From a virus (Duplodnaviria; Heunggongvirae; Uroviricota; Caudoviricetes), in the IMG/VR virus record IMGVR_UViG_3300044878_000136, positions 1 to 61,231 of that record: a stretch of DNA of 61,231 nucleotides. The stretch is one strand, 5' to 3'. Under the pieces are notes generated by a model, which was not told the origin of the DNA, did not search any database, and saw only the letters and a list, made by a program, of their open reading frames with translations. Shown piece by piece: positions 29,150 to 38,934 of the stretch (positions are counted from its first letter, which is position 1; each line of letters starts with the position of its first letter). The position numbers and the translations under genes are program-made.

Positions 29150-30871
29150 CTACGGAAGTGTGAGATTATTCATGAAGTCCATGACGCCGGAGAACTCACC
29201 CTCGACTGGTTTGGCTACGTGGTTGAAACGACCGGTCAGGTTACGTACCACGAGATCGGAAGTGTCGTAGCTTACGGAAGCCCGTACACGACCATCCGGT
29301 TTGACCCATGCGTTACGCGTGCCCAGATAGTTCTCAATCTCCTCCAGGGAGTCTTTGAGCATCAGGGTGGTCGCACTACCGGTGTCACCGTCAAAGTCTG
29401 CCCCAAGGCCTGCTAGGCGGCTAGGATGCGGAGACTCGGAATCGTGGTAGGTGGTCAGACCTGGTTTCGGGTATTCAACCGCCAAGAAGTCATCACCTTC
29501 CATCGGTGTCCACGTACTGTCGAGCTCACGACGCACTTCACCGATGGTGGTGGAACGGACATAGAGTCGGGACGGGTAGGTGGAGTCATCACCAGCGATC
29601 GGGTAACGGGTAATGGTGGTGAAGTGCTTCGCCCATTTGCTATAACCCGACAGGTAGATCAACTCCATCAGTGTGATGGGGTGTACGTCTTTCTTGTCGA
29701 ATCCGGCTGGCAGTTCGCTGATGTCGTGGAAGATTCGGAAGGTACCTTCGCCGAGGTAAACCAGAGCGAGGTAGCAACCCAAGATCTCCACCGGACGATG
29801 ACGTGCTTCTACGTCGACGAGACTCTGGATCAATTCCCGAAGACCGTCTTCAGTAGTCCACTTGTCCCGCTCGTACGGAGGCAGACTGACCCAAGTGGTC
29901 GACAAGGTTTTCTTATCGATTAGTGGGATGTCGCCATCGTGTCCACCCGAGATCTTCTCGAGCACACCGACACGCAACCAGTGCATCACCAACGGCGCCA
30001 TGGAACTGGCCGCTTGATACACACCCAGGACCGTGGAGTCAAAGGACGGTACGTTTGGCGATTCGAGGTTTTGCCCCGAAGTGTTCATGGAGGTCAGTAC
30101 GTTCCGGGTTCCGTCCCGCACACGACGCGACATGAACTTGTCTTTAAAGAAGCCATCCTTACCGCTGATGATCCCTTCAATATAAGCGTAGACTTCGTTC
30201 ACGTTCGTCTGGATGGAACGACGCACGGCATCGTACGCAGGAGACTCCATGTCCTGCGATTCCGTGATAGTGGAGGCGCTGGCAAGAATCCTGTAGTAGA
30301 AGTCGTTGATTTCGTTCTTTGTTACGCGACCGTCTTCACCGGCTTCCACATCGCGAAGACCGGCAGGCATGACGATAAATTGCTTCATGGTCATGCGGTG
30401 ACGCCAACGTTCAATGAAGGCGATACGACCGTTACGCGCTGGAGAGGCGTTCTTGGTGAAGTGCAACTTGTCCAGATGCTGCATAAAGAATGAATAGCCT
30501 GTCGAAGCATCGTCACCGATACTCGCGACAAAGTCACCAATCCTGCTATCGAAGACAGCTGTGCGTTTGCCGTCGAGGATCTCACGATAGAGTTCCTTGA
30601 GCTGGCAGAGTTCGCGGTAGATCTTCGGATGGAGCACACGTACTTTTAGGTTGATCTTGCCGTAGAGCTCATCGCGTTCTCTCGACCCAACCAAACCGAA
30701 GATGCGGGTGGAAAACAAACCATCATCGTGGAAGTCGGTACTGGCACCATCGAAGATGTCGAGACGCGTGATCTCCGGAATCTGACGCAGGTCCTGAGGT
30801 TCTGCGTGAAGAATCCACAACATCACCGGGAGCATGTTCGTATTCATGCCGGGGAGTACATTTGTATTCAC
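29150..30871 (-). CDS. rpoC: virion RNA polymerase beta' subunit, N-terminal catalytic part (phiKZ gp180-like)
   Basis: DGLFSTRIFG, PAGLRD, TRYP and the catalytic GADFDGD motif. Confidence 0.93.
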   Translation of the reverse strand: MNTNVLPGMNTNMLPVMLWILHAEPQDLRQIPEITRLDIFDGASTDFHDDGLFSTRIFGLVGSRERDELYGKINLKVRVLHPKIYRELCQLKELYREILDGKRTAVFDSRIGDFVASIGDDASTGYSFFMQHLDKLHFTKNASPARNGRIAFIERWRHRMTMKQFIVMPAGLRDVEAGEDGRVTKNEINDFYYRILASASTITESQDMESPAYDAVRRSIQTNVNEVYAYIEGIISGKDGFFKDKFMSRRVRDGTRNVLTSMNTSGQNLESPNVPSFDSTVLGVYQAASSMAPLVMHWLRVGVLEKISGGHDGDIPLIDKKTLSTTWVSLPPYERDKWTTEDGLRELIQSLVDVEARHRPVEILGCYLALVYLGEGTFRIFHDISELPAGFDKKDVHPITLMELIYLSGYSKWAKHFTTITRYPIAGDDSTYPSRLYVRSTTIGEVRRELDSTWTPMEGDDFLAVEYPKPGLTTYHDSESPHPSRLAGLGADFDGDTGSATTLMLKDSLEEIENYLGTRNAWVKPDGRVRASVSYDTSDLVVRNLTGRFNHVAKPVEGEFSGVMDFMNNLTLP

Positions 30872-30926
30872 GATACAACGCTCCGTTTAAAGTTTATGGA
30901 TTAACATCCCCAATTGAGAGGCTGTT

Positions 30927-33900
30927 ATGGCTAAGAAAGAAGATGTCAACTTCGACGACTTAAACCTCGACGATATTGACTTTGGAGGCGACTTCGATTT
31001 CAACACGGACGGTGAAATCAAGTTCGACGCGGATGATAGCCGCTCCCCCATTGAGTCGTTTGTTACCTCTGCAAAAGATGGCCTGAAAGACCGAATCATG
31101 GACCGCGGTCTGATTCGCCGCCTCCTTTCGTTTGCACTCCCGAAGGGTTATAGCCAGGCATTCAACGCATACGATTCCTTGTCGAACGGTGTAGCCGACA
31201 TCTACAAGGATAACGCGGCTGAAATGCAGCCGTACATGGCGAAGACCAGCCGGTTCCTGAAACAGCAAAACCCGATGTTCAAACGGTTGCTGCCACGGGG
31301 TACTCGGGACGCGTTGGAAGCGAGTGAGAACGAGACCACCGACTGGGGTAGCGGTCAAGATGACGCACTCGGTCAGAACATCGCGGGTATCGACAAGTTG
31401 CTCGGGATGGAAGCCCGCAACAAACTCGATGACACCATCACCACGGCACAACGGGATGTCCGTGAGCGTAAGCAGTTCGCGACCACCACCGGCATCAACA
31501 TCGAGATGGGCAAATCGCTCGGTCGTCTGGTTCAATACCAAGACACCGTTCTGATCAACTACCATCGGAAATCCTTGGAGCTGAAGTATCGTCACCTCGA
31601 TGTGTCGATGCGCATGTTCCACGGTTCGGAAGTGTTCCACAACGACGCTCTCGACTTGATGAAGGCAATCGGTAAGAACACCGCGTTGCCAGACTTCGTG
31701 AAGATGCGTGGTACGGAGATCATCAAGGAACAACTACGTCACCGCTTGGCGAACAACGTTATTGGTTCTGCCGGTAACTTCGCTCGTAAGCACTTGGGTA
31801 ACATCACCAAGAACCTTAGCCAATCCCTTGGCGGTGCACTCGGCACCATCAACGCCGCTGGTTCCATGGGCGCTGGGATGTCCAAGGCCGCAATGGCTGG
31901 TGAAGCAGCGGGTAGTCTGGTCTCCTCCTCCGTAGCCGACATGCTCGAGTATCTGGTTAAGGAAAGTCTGACCAAGCTTGGCCTCGGTAAAGAAGCGGGT
32001 TACGTTAAGAGTGGCGGGCGGTGGCTGCAAGACAAACTCTCGGGTGCGTCGCAGCGTCTCAACGATTACGCTCGTAGTCAAACCACCAACACCGGTTTGA
32101 AAGGTCAGTTCGAGGATTGGGTTAAGCGTCAACTCGACTCTTACACGATCACCGACAAGATCAACGGTGGTGGCGTTTATGCCCTCGACGAAACGGCCAA
32201 GTTCGACAACCTGTTTCATAAGACAGTAGTCGAGATCATCCCTGGTCAATTGTCCTCGATGGAGAAATGGCTTCGTACCATCGCCACAGGTCAAGAGCAA
32301 GAGGAACACGCGTACAGTCATTACACGGGCGGCTTCGTTACTCGTGACGTGCTGAACAAGCAACACATCGACATCGGCTTGAAAGCAGGTGCTGGTGACG
32401 CTGTTCGTAAACAGCTGGACATGCAACTGCGCGACATGCATGCCGAGAACCTGAGCGCTAAAGCTCGTCGTACGCTGCGTGCTCGTCTCCTGACCGACAT
32501 GTCGAGTCATCGTGACTTCAACCCACAGACCTACGTGAAGCCTGAGACGTGGACGTCGGTAGATCCGGAGGTGGCTGAGGAGCTGGTAGAGTTCTTTGCT
32601 GAAACCTACGGCATCAACATCGACGGTGAGTACGATAACGAGGACGAGGAAGCAGCAGAACGTCGTACCAAGGCGCGTGCTGGTTACTTAGACTTGGCTC
32701 CACGTATCGCCGACTACACCGGACGTATGGCTGGTCTGTCGGAAGTGATCGGTCGTCGTTCGTGGCGTGAACTGGGTCTGTCGAAGTATGACGGCCGTAC
32801 AGGTGATACCATCGATCCGATGGCCATCTACGACATGATCGCCAACGAAGGCGGTGATGAGTTCACAGTCGGTGAGCGTAAAGAGGAAGAGAAGCCGGAT
32901 CCATTCAAATTCTCCAAGCAAGGTATCAAGGACGGACTTAACGCTCGTGCTGACTTGGCTCGGAAGAAGATGGAGGAAGCGGAAGCCGAACAGAAGCGTC
33001 TGGCGGAAGAAGCTGCGAAAGCGGCGGAAGAGATCCGTGTCGACGTGGATGGCGGTAAGACAGTCGACCTCACTGCTCGACCTGCTCCTGCTCCAACTCA
33101 AACCATCCTGGGCACCATCATCATCGACGACAGCAGCATGGAACGCTTGAGTGCGATCCTCTCCCAGTCGATGAACAACGAGTACGAGATCGTTCTGCCG
33201 GATACGCTGGAGACAGTGGACACTGGTACGCACGATCGACTCGATGGTCTGGTCGGGATGTTGGATTCGATCCTCGGTGCTATTAAAGCTAACGATCCAT
33301 GCAAGTGTGAAGGACGCGCACCTGCAAATCGCTTCCGCCGTCATGACCCTGATGAAGTTGAGGGGAGTGATGCTGGCGAAGGCATGAGTCGTTGGGCTCG
33401 TATTCGTGACGAAGCGCTCGAGTACGGTCAGAAGGGTAAACAGCTCGCCTTGGGTCGTGCTGATGAAGCCCGGAAATGGCTCACTGAACAATACGACGCA
33501 CACAGCGATGAGATCGACGCACATCGCGAGCGTTACATGGACCTCTACCAGACCGGGCGTGATCGCGCACTGGGTGTTGTTGAAACTGGTAAGGAACGTG
33601 CGCAGGGCTTTATCGATGCACACCGCGATGAAGTTCTCGAGAAGATCGAAACCGGTAAAGAGCTGGCCCGTACTGGCATCGAAACCGGGAAGGAACACTT
33701 CAAGACCGGACTGGACACTGGACGCGATCTGCTTCAGGAAGGGATCGAGAAAGGACGTGAGCGCCTGCGCGAGGAACTGGAAGCCGCGCCTGATCGGATT
33801 GAAGCCGGTAAGGAACGTCTGCGCGAAGGTTTGGAGACTGGTCGTAAGCGTCTTCAGGATGGACTGGATGCAGCCCCTGATCACATCGCTGCTGGTAAAG

Positions 33901-36900
33901 AGCGCCTGCGTGAAGGACTGGAAGAAGGTCGTGGTCGTCTGAAGGATGGTTACGAACAAGGTCGCGACTACCTGAAGGACAGCGTTGAGTCCGCTCGTGA
34001 GCGTCTACGTGACGGGATCGAGATCGGTAAGGAGTATCTGCGCGAGCGCGCTGGCGATCACCGTGAGTGGTTCACTGACGGCTTTGAAACCGGTATGAAG
34101 TACGGTGGCGGTCGTGGTGGTCCTGAAGGTGGTGAGGAAGGCGAAGAGGACGGTACTCCATCTGGTCCAGGCAAGCGTCGTCTCCGTTCCCGTATCTGGA
34201 GCGGGATGAAGCAAGCACCGGGTATGGCGTTCCGTGGTTTGGGCCGTTACCTCGGCTGGTCGTACCGCAAGCTGGGTCAAGGCTTGTCCGGCGGCTACAG
34301 TCTCGGCAAGATGGTGGTAGGCGCTCCATTCAAGTCCATCAAAGGCTTGGGTGTCACTGACGTCCACGTCATGGGTGATCCAGAACCGTCTCTGACGGCC
34401 AAGGACATTCGTCGTGGCTTCTACTTCGACGTGAAGACGAAGAAGGTCATCGAGCAGATCAAGGACATCACTGGTCCTGTGAAGAACCGCGATGGTGAGA
34501 CGGTACTCACTCAGGAAGACTTCGACAAAGGTCTCATGTCTGGCGACGGTGAATCGTTGGCGGGTTGGGGTCTGCGTAAGAGTCTGTCTGCGGGGCTGGG
34601 TCTGGCAGGTCTTACTGGTCGGTACATCAAGAACTCTTACGGCTTGATGGGTAAGATCGCGAAGGGTGCGTTCAACCTGGCGTACGATCAGTTCGTTCAG
34701 TTCGATGCTTACTTCCCTGGCGATGAAGAACCACGTATCCGTTCGAGCCTCTTGAAGAAAGGGTTCTACCGCGATAAGGACGGCGCTCCACTGACGTCCC
34801 TCAAAGACATCACGGGTCCTGTCTACGACATCGAAGACAACGAGGTTATCTCGCAAGAGGAACTCGACAAGTACAAGTCGCTCTACACGCGCAACGGTTC
34901 GCTGTTGTTCACCGTAGGTCGTGGTCTGGTGTCTGGTGCCGCATGGGCTGGCGATCTGGCCAAGCGTGGCATCGTGGGTTATGCCAAGATGACCAAGAAG
35001 TTCTACAAGGGATTGTGGAAAGGCGCTAAGGCCATTGGCCGTGGTGTCAAGTCCTTGGGTATTGGTCTGGCTGGGAAGATGGGCTTCAAGCTGGATAGTC
35101 CAGAAGCGTCGGCTACCGGTGGCATGTACGGTGGTGATGAGGAACTCCACACTGCGGTGTTTGAGGTGGGTATTGCCCAACTCAACATGCAGCGCAGCAT
35201 CTTCGAACTCCTGCGTGATAAGTTCAAGATGCAGCAGAACGACAAGTGGGACCTCGACGGTGATGGTGATCGGGACAACTCCTGGAAGGACATTCTGAGT
35301 CGTCGTAAGGCGGCGAAGGATAAGAAGGACGCCGCGAAAGGTTCTAGCGGTGGCAGCGAAGACATCGTGAAAGCGATCGACAAGCTGGGCAAGAACCTGG
35401 ACGGTGCCATCGATGAGCTCGGCGATCGTGTCGAGGAATCCAACGAAGACGGTCTGTTGGACCAAGCTGCTGACATCGGCGATATCGCCGATGGTTGGAA
35501 CAGCGGCGATGGTGAAGGTCGTCGTGGTCGTCGCCGTGGGCGTGGTGGTCGAGGCGGTCGCGGTGGGTTACGCGGCAAGCTCGGTCGCATGGGCACCAAG
35601 GTGAAAGGTATCGGTGGACGCATCGCTGGTTCGCGTGCAGCCGGTTGGGCAGTACGTGGCGGCATCATGGCTGCTGAAGGTGCTGCGACTGTTGGTAGCG
35701 CTATCATGGGCTCCAGCATGATGGCTGGGTTGGGTACGGCGGCTATGGCTGCGGGTACAACTGCAATGGGTTGGCTCGGGGCTGGTGCGACAGCTGTAGC
35801 GGGTATCCTCTCTGCGCCAGTGGTCTTGGCAGCAGCGGCTATCGCAGCGGTTGGTTACGTGGGCTATCGTTGGTACAAGTCCTCGCAAGCCAAAGACAAC
35901 CCGATCTTCTATCTGCGGATGACTCAGTACGGCGTTGCACCTACGGACGAAACGCGGGTCAAGCAGATGTTGGCGTTGGAAGAACTCCTACTGCCTGGTG
36001 TGACGTTCGTTGGCGATAAGGCCAGCATCGATGCGGCTAAAGTCAGCATTCCAAAACTCATGGAGATCCTCGAGATCGAAGAGGGTGAGGATCGTCGGCT
36101 GAAGCGCGCGTTGAAATGGTTGGCAGGTCGTTTCCGTCCTGTGTTCCTTGCTCACGTTGGCGGTATGAAGAAGACTGTGAAGTCTACTAAGCTGAGTGAA
36201 GCAGACCAGCTGATCGATGGTTCCGTGATCAAAGAGTTCCTCGAGATTGTTGACTTGAAGAACTTCACGGCTATCTATCAGGACATCATGAACTCTCCGT
36301 TTGATTCGACCCTCGGCTTCGGCGGTGTGTTGGATTGTGGGGCGAGTGATGTTGAGGACGCCTTCAAGCTGGTGCGCTCGAAGATCAAGGAAACCGAGAA
36401 GCCAGAGGCTGTGAAGTCTCAGGACAAACCGGTAGATCCGAAAGAGGAAGGTGGCGAGCTGGGTAAAGCGGTTGCAGCGGCCGGTGTTGGCGCTATGGCT
36501 GGCGTGGCTAACGCTGCGAAGATGGCGGAGGATCCTGACGCGTTGGACATCGGTGGGATGGTGCGTAGTGGGGTGGATCTGACTACTGCATTACCTGCGG
36601 CAGCCGCAGGTGTGGCGATGACTACTCTGCCGTTGCCAGCGAACGGTCCAGTGTCTAAGGAGGTGGATGGTGCTACCGTTTCGACGGAGGCTCCTCTGAC
36701 GCCTGCTGAGACAATGCGTTGGATGCAGGATAAATCCAAGGCACCGTTGCAAGCCGGCATGTTTGGTGCTGGCATAGCGGTGGGTGGGTTGCTGAAGGCC
36801 CACTACCAAGTGACGGCAGCTAAGGTGAAAGCCTACGCTTCGTCGCTGGACATCCCGACGGCAGTGCGTTATCTGGAATACGGTCTGACCAGCTTCGACG

Positions 36901-38888
36901 ACGAGAAGTGCAAACAATTGCAACAAGTCGAAGACCTCTACTGGGACTTCCTGAGATTCAACGGCTACGACAATGCGTTGATTGATGGTGACATCCTCGG
37001 GTTGGAAGAAACCGTGACCGGCATCTTCACTCCGTCTGGGGGTAATGCTCAGAACGTGGTGACGTGGCTGCGCTACCGTTTCATGCCGACGTTCCTGCAA
37101 TACGCGATCTCTGTCCGTCGTCGTCTGCCGGGCGATGTTCGTCAAGCCAACCGTAACCTGACCAGCTCGTTGATGCGTGACGTGCTGATGGAAACGACTC
37201 AGGCAGTAGACGCTGAATCTGGGTCGCCGGTATGGTTGAATGTGACTAGCCCTTGGCCTAACTACGTGTTGGGTAAAGACGCGAGTGTGACGACGCCGTA
37301 CATCGATGCACTTCCGCAGTCCCTGAAGGAACTGGCTGTGGATGGGTTGAAGAACCTCATCGGTAAAGCGGCTGGGTCGAAAGCTGAGGAATCCGCTCCT
37401 GCTATTGAAGACAGCAACCTGAACCAAGGTTCGCCTAACCAAGAGAAGGAAGAAGGCGGTATCTTCAGCAATGCCGTTAGCTCGATGAAGAAATTCTTCG
37501 GGTTCGGCAGCGATCCAGGCGGCACAGCCTCTGGCGGTGGTTCCGCTTCGAGCGGTGGTCCAGGCTATACACCGATCCCAGGTGTTGGCGGTGGTCACGC
37601 AGATGGTCCTCCAGCGAATCCTGGTGGAGTGCAGGTTGCTCACCCAGGCGGTGGTACCGGTGGTGATATCAATACCCTCCCAGAATCGAACGGAAGCGGT
37701 TGGGATGCGATGAAGGGTATCATCACGGGCGCTGCGAAGATGGCGGGTTTCGATCCGTTCATTGCAGCAAACGTGGCCGCTGTGGAATCTCGGTTCCAAC
37801 CACGGGCAGGTGCGGGCACCTCGTCGGCGAAAGGTCTCTACCAGTTCGTCAACGGGACGTGGCAGGACATGCTGCGTAAGTACGGCAAGAAGTACGGCAT
37901 TGCGCCGAACACCCACCAGTTTGACCCACGGGCGAACGCATTGATGGGGATGGAATACCTGAAGGAGAACTACGCCTACTTGAAAGAGAAGGTGAAAGGT
38001 CCTATCACGGATACCGCCCTCTACAGTGCTCACTTCCTCGGTGCGGGTGGTGCGCGTAAGTTCTTGTCGGCTCCAGGTTCTGCTAACGCAGAGGACGTGG
38101 TAGGTGCATCCGCTGTCAAGGCCAACGCCTCGGTGTTCCGTGAGCCTACGGGGCAGAAGGGTGTGTACGGTCGAGTCAGGACGGTTGCCGAAACCATGGC
38201 TGAACTGGACAAGCGGATGAAGAGCATGCAGAAAGTGCATGACCTCAAGCCTGGTCAACAACCTGTCGTCGCAGAAGGTACTGAAGCCAAAGCCGCTGAC
38301 AACGCTCCTCAGAACAGTGAGGGCGAACCAGGTGGTGCAGCTCCAGAGGTTGGGATGGATACCGCAGCCGCGCAAGGCGGTGGTGGTAACGCTACTGGTC
38401 AGCCTAAAGATGTTGGTGCAGTTGCTAACGGCGCAGCCTCTGGCTCGTCTGCGGCTGTCAACACTCAGGCAGCGCCGGAAGGTGGGGCGGCAGCAATGCC
38501 TACCAGTTCTGCCGATGCTCCGTCGTCAGCTCCGACTTCGACACCAACGATCTCGCAATCCACCACAGCTCAAAACCAGAACACCACGGCCGCTTCTACC
38601 GCGGAAATGGCAGCGAGTGTCGGACCGTTGCTGCAACAGCAACTGGAAGTGCAACAATCGATGGACGGCTCGTTGAAGGAAATCCGCGAGTACCTGAAGG
38701 CCATGTCCCAACAGCAACCCATGCAGCAAGCTCCTGGCGAACCACAAGCAGTACCAGTTCAACAGCAGGCTGGGCGGCAATGGGCGCCTGAAGACGAACC
38801 AGTCGCCACTCAACCACGCGGAACCTCCACCAGCACGGGCTCAGGTCGTAACCCGATCAACACCCGTCGGAACAACGCGGTAACGTAA
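30927..38888 (+). CDS. tape-measure-like tail protein with C-terminal lytic transglycosylase (phiKZ gp181-like)
   Basis: 2653 aa. SLT motifs VAAVES, SSAKGLYQF and LYSAHFLG. Hydrophobic segments. Divergent from the gp180-like gene, with TATG at 30895. Confidence 0.9.
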   Translation: MAKKEDVNFDDLNLDDIDFGGDFDFNTDGEIKFDADDSRSPIESFVTSAKDGLKDRIMDRGLIRRLLSFALPKGYSQAFNAYDSLSNGVADIYKDNAAEMQPYMAKTSRFLKQQNPMFKRLLPRGTRDALEASENETTDWGSGQDDALGQNIAGIDKLLGMEARNKLDDTITTAQRDVRERKQFATTTGINIEMGKSLGRLVQYQDTVLINYHRKSLELKYRHLDVSMRMFHGSEVFHNDALDLMKAIGKNTALPDFVKMRGTEIIKEQLRHRLANNVIGSAGNFARKHLGNITKNLSQSLGGALGTINAAGSMGAGMSKAAMAGEAAGSLVSSSVADMLEYLVKESLTKLGLGKEAGYVKSGGRWLQDKLSGASQRLNDYARSQTTNTGLKGQFEDWVKRQLDSYTITDKINGGGVYALDETAKFDNLFHKTVVEIIPGQLSSMEKWLRTIATGQEQEEHAYSHYTGGFVTRDVLNKQHIDIGLKAGAGDAVRKQLDMQLRDMHAENLSAKARRTLRARLLTDMSSHRDFNPQTYVKPETWTSVDPEVAEELVEFFAETYGINIDGEYDNEDEEAAERRTKARAGYLDLAPRIADYTGRMAGLSEVIGRRSWRELGLSKYDGRTGDTIDPMAIYDMIANEGGDEFTVGERKEEEKPDPFKFSKQGIKDGLNARADLARKKMEEAEAEQKRLAEEAAKAAEEIRVDVDGGKTVDLTARPAPAPTQTILGTIIIDDSSMERLSAILSQSMNNEYEIVLPDTLETVDTGTHDRLDGLVGMLDSILGAIKANDPCKCEGRAPANRFRRHDPDEVEGSDAGEGMSRWARIRDEALEYGQKGKQLALGRADEARKWLTEQYDAHSDEIDAHRERYMDLYQTGRDRALGVVETGKERAQGFIDAHRDEVLEKIETGKELARTGIETGKEHFKTGLDTGRDLLQEGIEKGRERLREELEAAPDRIEAGKERLREGLETGRKRLQDGLDAAPDHIAAGKERLREGLEEGRGRLKDGYEQGRDYLKDSVESARERLRDGIEIGKEYLRERAGDHREWFTDGFETGMKYGGGRGGPEGGEEGEEDGTPSGPGKRRLRSRIWSGMKQAPGMAFRGLGRYLGWSYRKLGQGLSGGYSLGKMVVGAPFKSIKGLGVTDVHVMGDPEPSLTAKDIRRGFYFDVKTKKVIEQIKDITGPVKNRDGETVLTQEDFDKGLMSGDGESLAGWGLRKSLSAGLGLAGLTGRYIKNSYGLMGKIAKGAFNLAYDQFVQFDAYFPGDEEPRIRSSLLKKGFYRDKDGAPLTSLKDITGPVYDIEDNEVISQEELDKYKSLYTRNGSLLFTVGRGLVSGAAWAGDLAKRGIVGYAKMTKKFYKGLWKGAKAIGRGVKSLGIGLAGKMGFKLDSPEASATGGMYGGDEELHTAVFEVGIAQLNMQRSIFELLRDKFKMQQNDKWDLDGDGDRDNSWKDILSRRKAAKDKKDAAKGSSGGSEDIVKAIDKLGKNLDGAIDELGDRVEESNEDGLLDQAADIGDIADGWNSGDGEGRRGRRRGRGGRGGRGGLRGKLGRMGTKVKGIGGRIAGSRAAGWAVRGGIMAAEGAATVGSAIMGSSMMAGLGTAAMAAGTTAMGWLGAGATAVAGILSAPVVLAAAAIAAVGYVGYRWYKSSQAKDNPIFYLRMTQYGVAPTDETRVKQMLALEELLLPGVTFVGDKASIDAAKVSIPKLMEILEIEEGEDRRLKRALKWLAGRFRPVFLAHVGGMKKTVKSTKLSEADQLIDGSVIKEFLEIVDLKNFTAIYQDIMNSPFDSTLGFGGVLDCGASDVEDAFKLVRSKIKETEKPEAVKSQDKPVDPKEEGGELGKAVAAAGVGAMAGVANAAKMAEDPDALDIGGMVRSGVDLTTALPAAAAGVAMTTLPLPANGPVSKEVDGATVSTEAPLTPAETMRWMQDKSKAPLQAGMFGAGIAVGGLLKAHYQVTAAKVKAYASSLDIPTAVRYLEYGLTSFDDEKCKQLQQVEDLYWDFLRFNGYDNALIDGDILGLEETVTGIFTPSGGNAQNVVTWLRYRFMPTFLQYAISVRRRLPGDVRQANRNLTSSLMRDVLMETTQAVDAESGSPVWLNVTSPWPNYVLGKDASVTTPYIDALPQSLKELAVDGLKNLIGKAAGSKAEESAPAIEDSNLNQGSPNQEKEEGGIFSNAVSSMKKFFGFGSDPGGTASGGGSASSGGPGYTPIPGVGGGHADGPPANPGGVQVAHPGGGTGGDINTLPESNGSGWDAMKGIITGAAKMAGFDPFIAANVAAVESRFQPRAGAGTSSAKGLYQFVNGTWQDMLRKYGKKYGIAPNTHQFDPRANALMGMEYLKENYAYLKEKVKGPITDTALYSAHFLGAGGARKFLSAPGSANAEDVVGASAVKANASVFREPTGQKGVYGRVRTVAETMAELDKRMKSMQKVHDLKPGQQPVVAEGTEAKAADNAPQNSEGEPGGAAPEVGMDTAAAQGGGGNATGQPKDVGAVANGAASGSSAAVNTQAAPEGGAAAMPTSSADAPSSAPTSTPTISQSTTAQNQNTTAASTAEMAASVGPLLQQQLEVQQSMDGSLKEIREYLKAMSQQQPMQQAPGEPQAVPVQQQAGRQWAPEDEPVATQPRGTSTSTGSGRNPINTRRNNAVT
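33480..34100 (+). repeat. 11-aa (33-nt) amphipathic tandem repeats inside the tape-measure gene
   Basis: ETGKELARTGI ETGKEHFKTGL DTGRDLLQEGI EKGRERLREEL ... EAGKERLREGL ETGRKRLQDGL. Boundaries are approximate. Confidence 0.85.
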
Positions 38889-38934
38889 ACCATTGGGGGA
38901 GGCAACTCCCCCATTCACCAACGGAGGTCTCCTC

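Noticed and set aside
33480-34100. Periodic DNA repeat considered as a CRISPR array or DGR repeat
   Set aside because: The units are in-frame coding repeats that vary at synonymous sites. There are no spacers, cas genes or reverse transcriptase in the window.
25510-38375. Long antisense ORFs over RNAP beta and the tape-measure gene
   Set aside because: Mirror-frame artefacts with no independent evidence.
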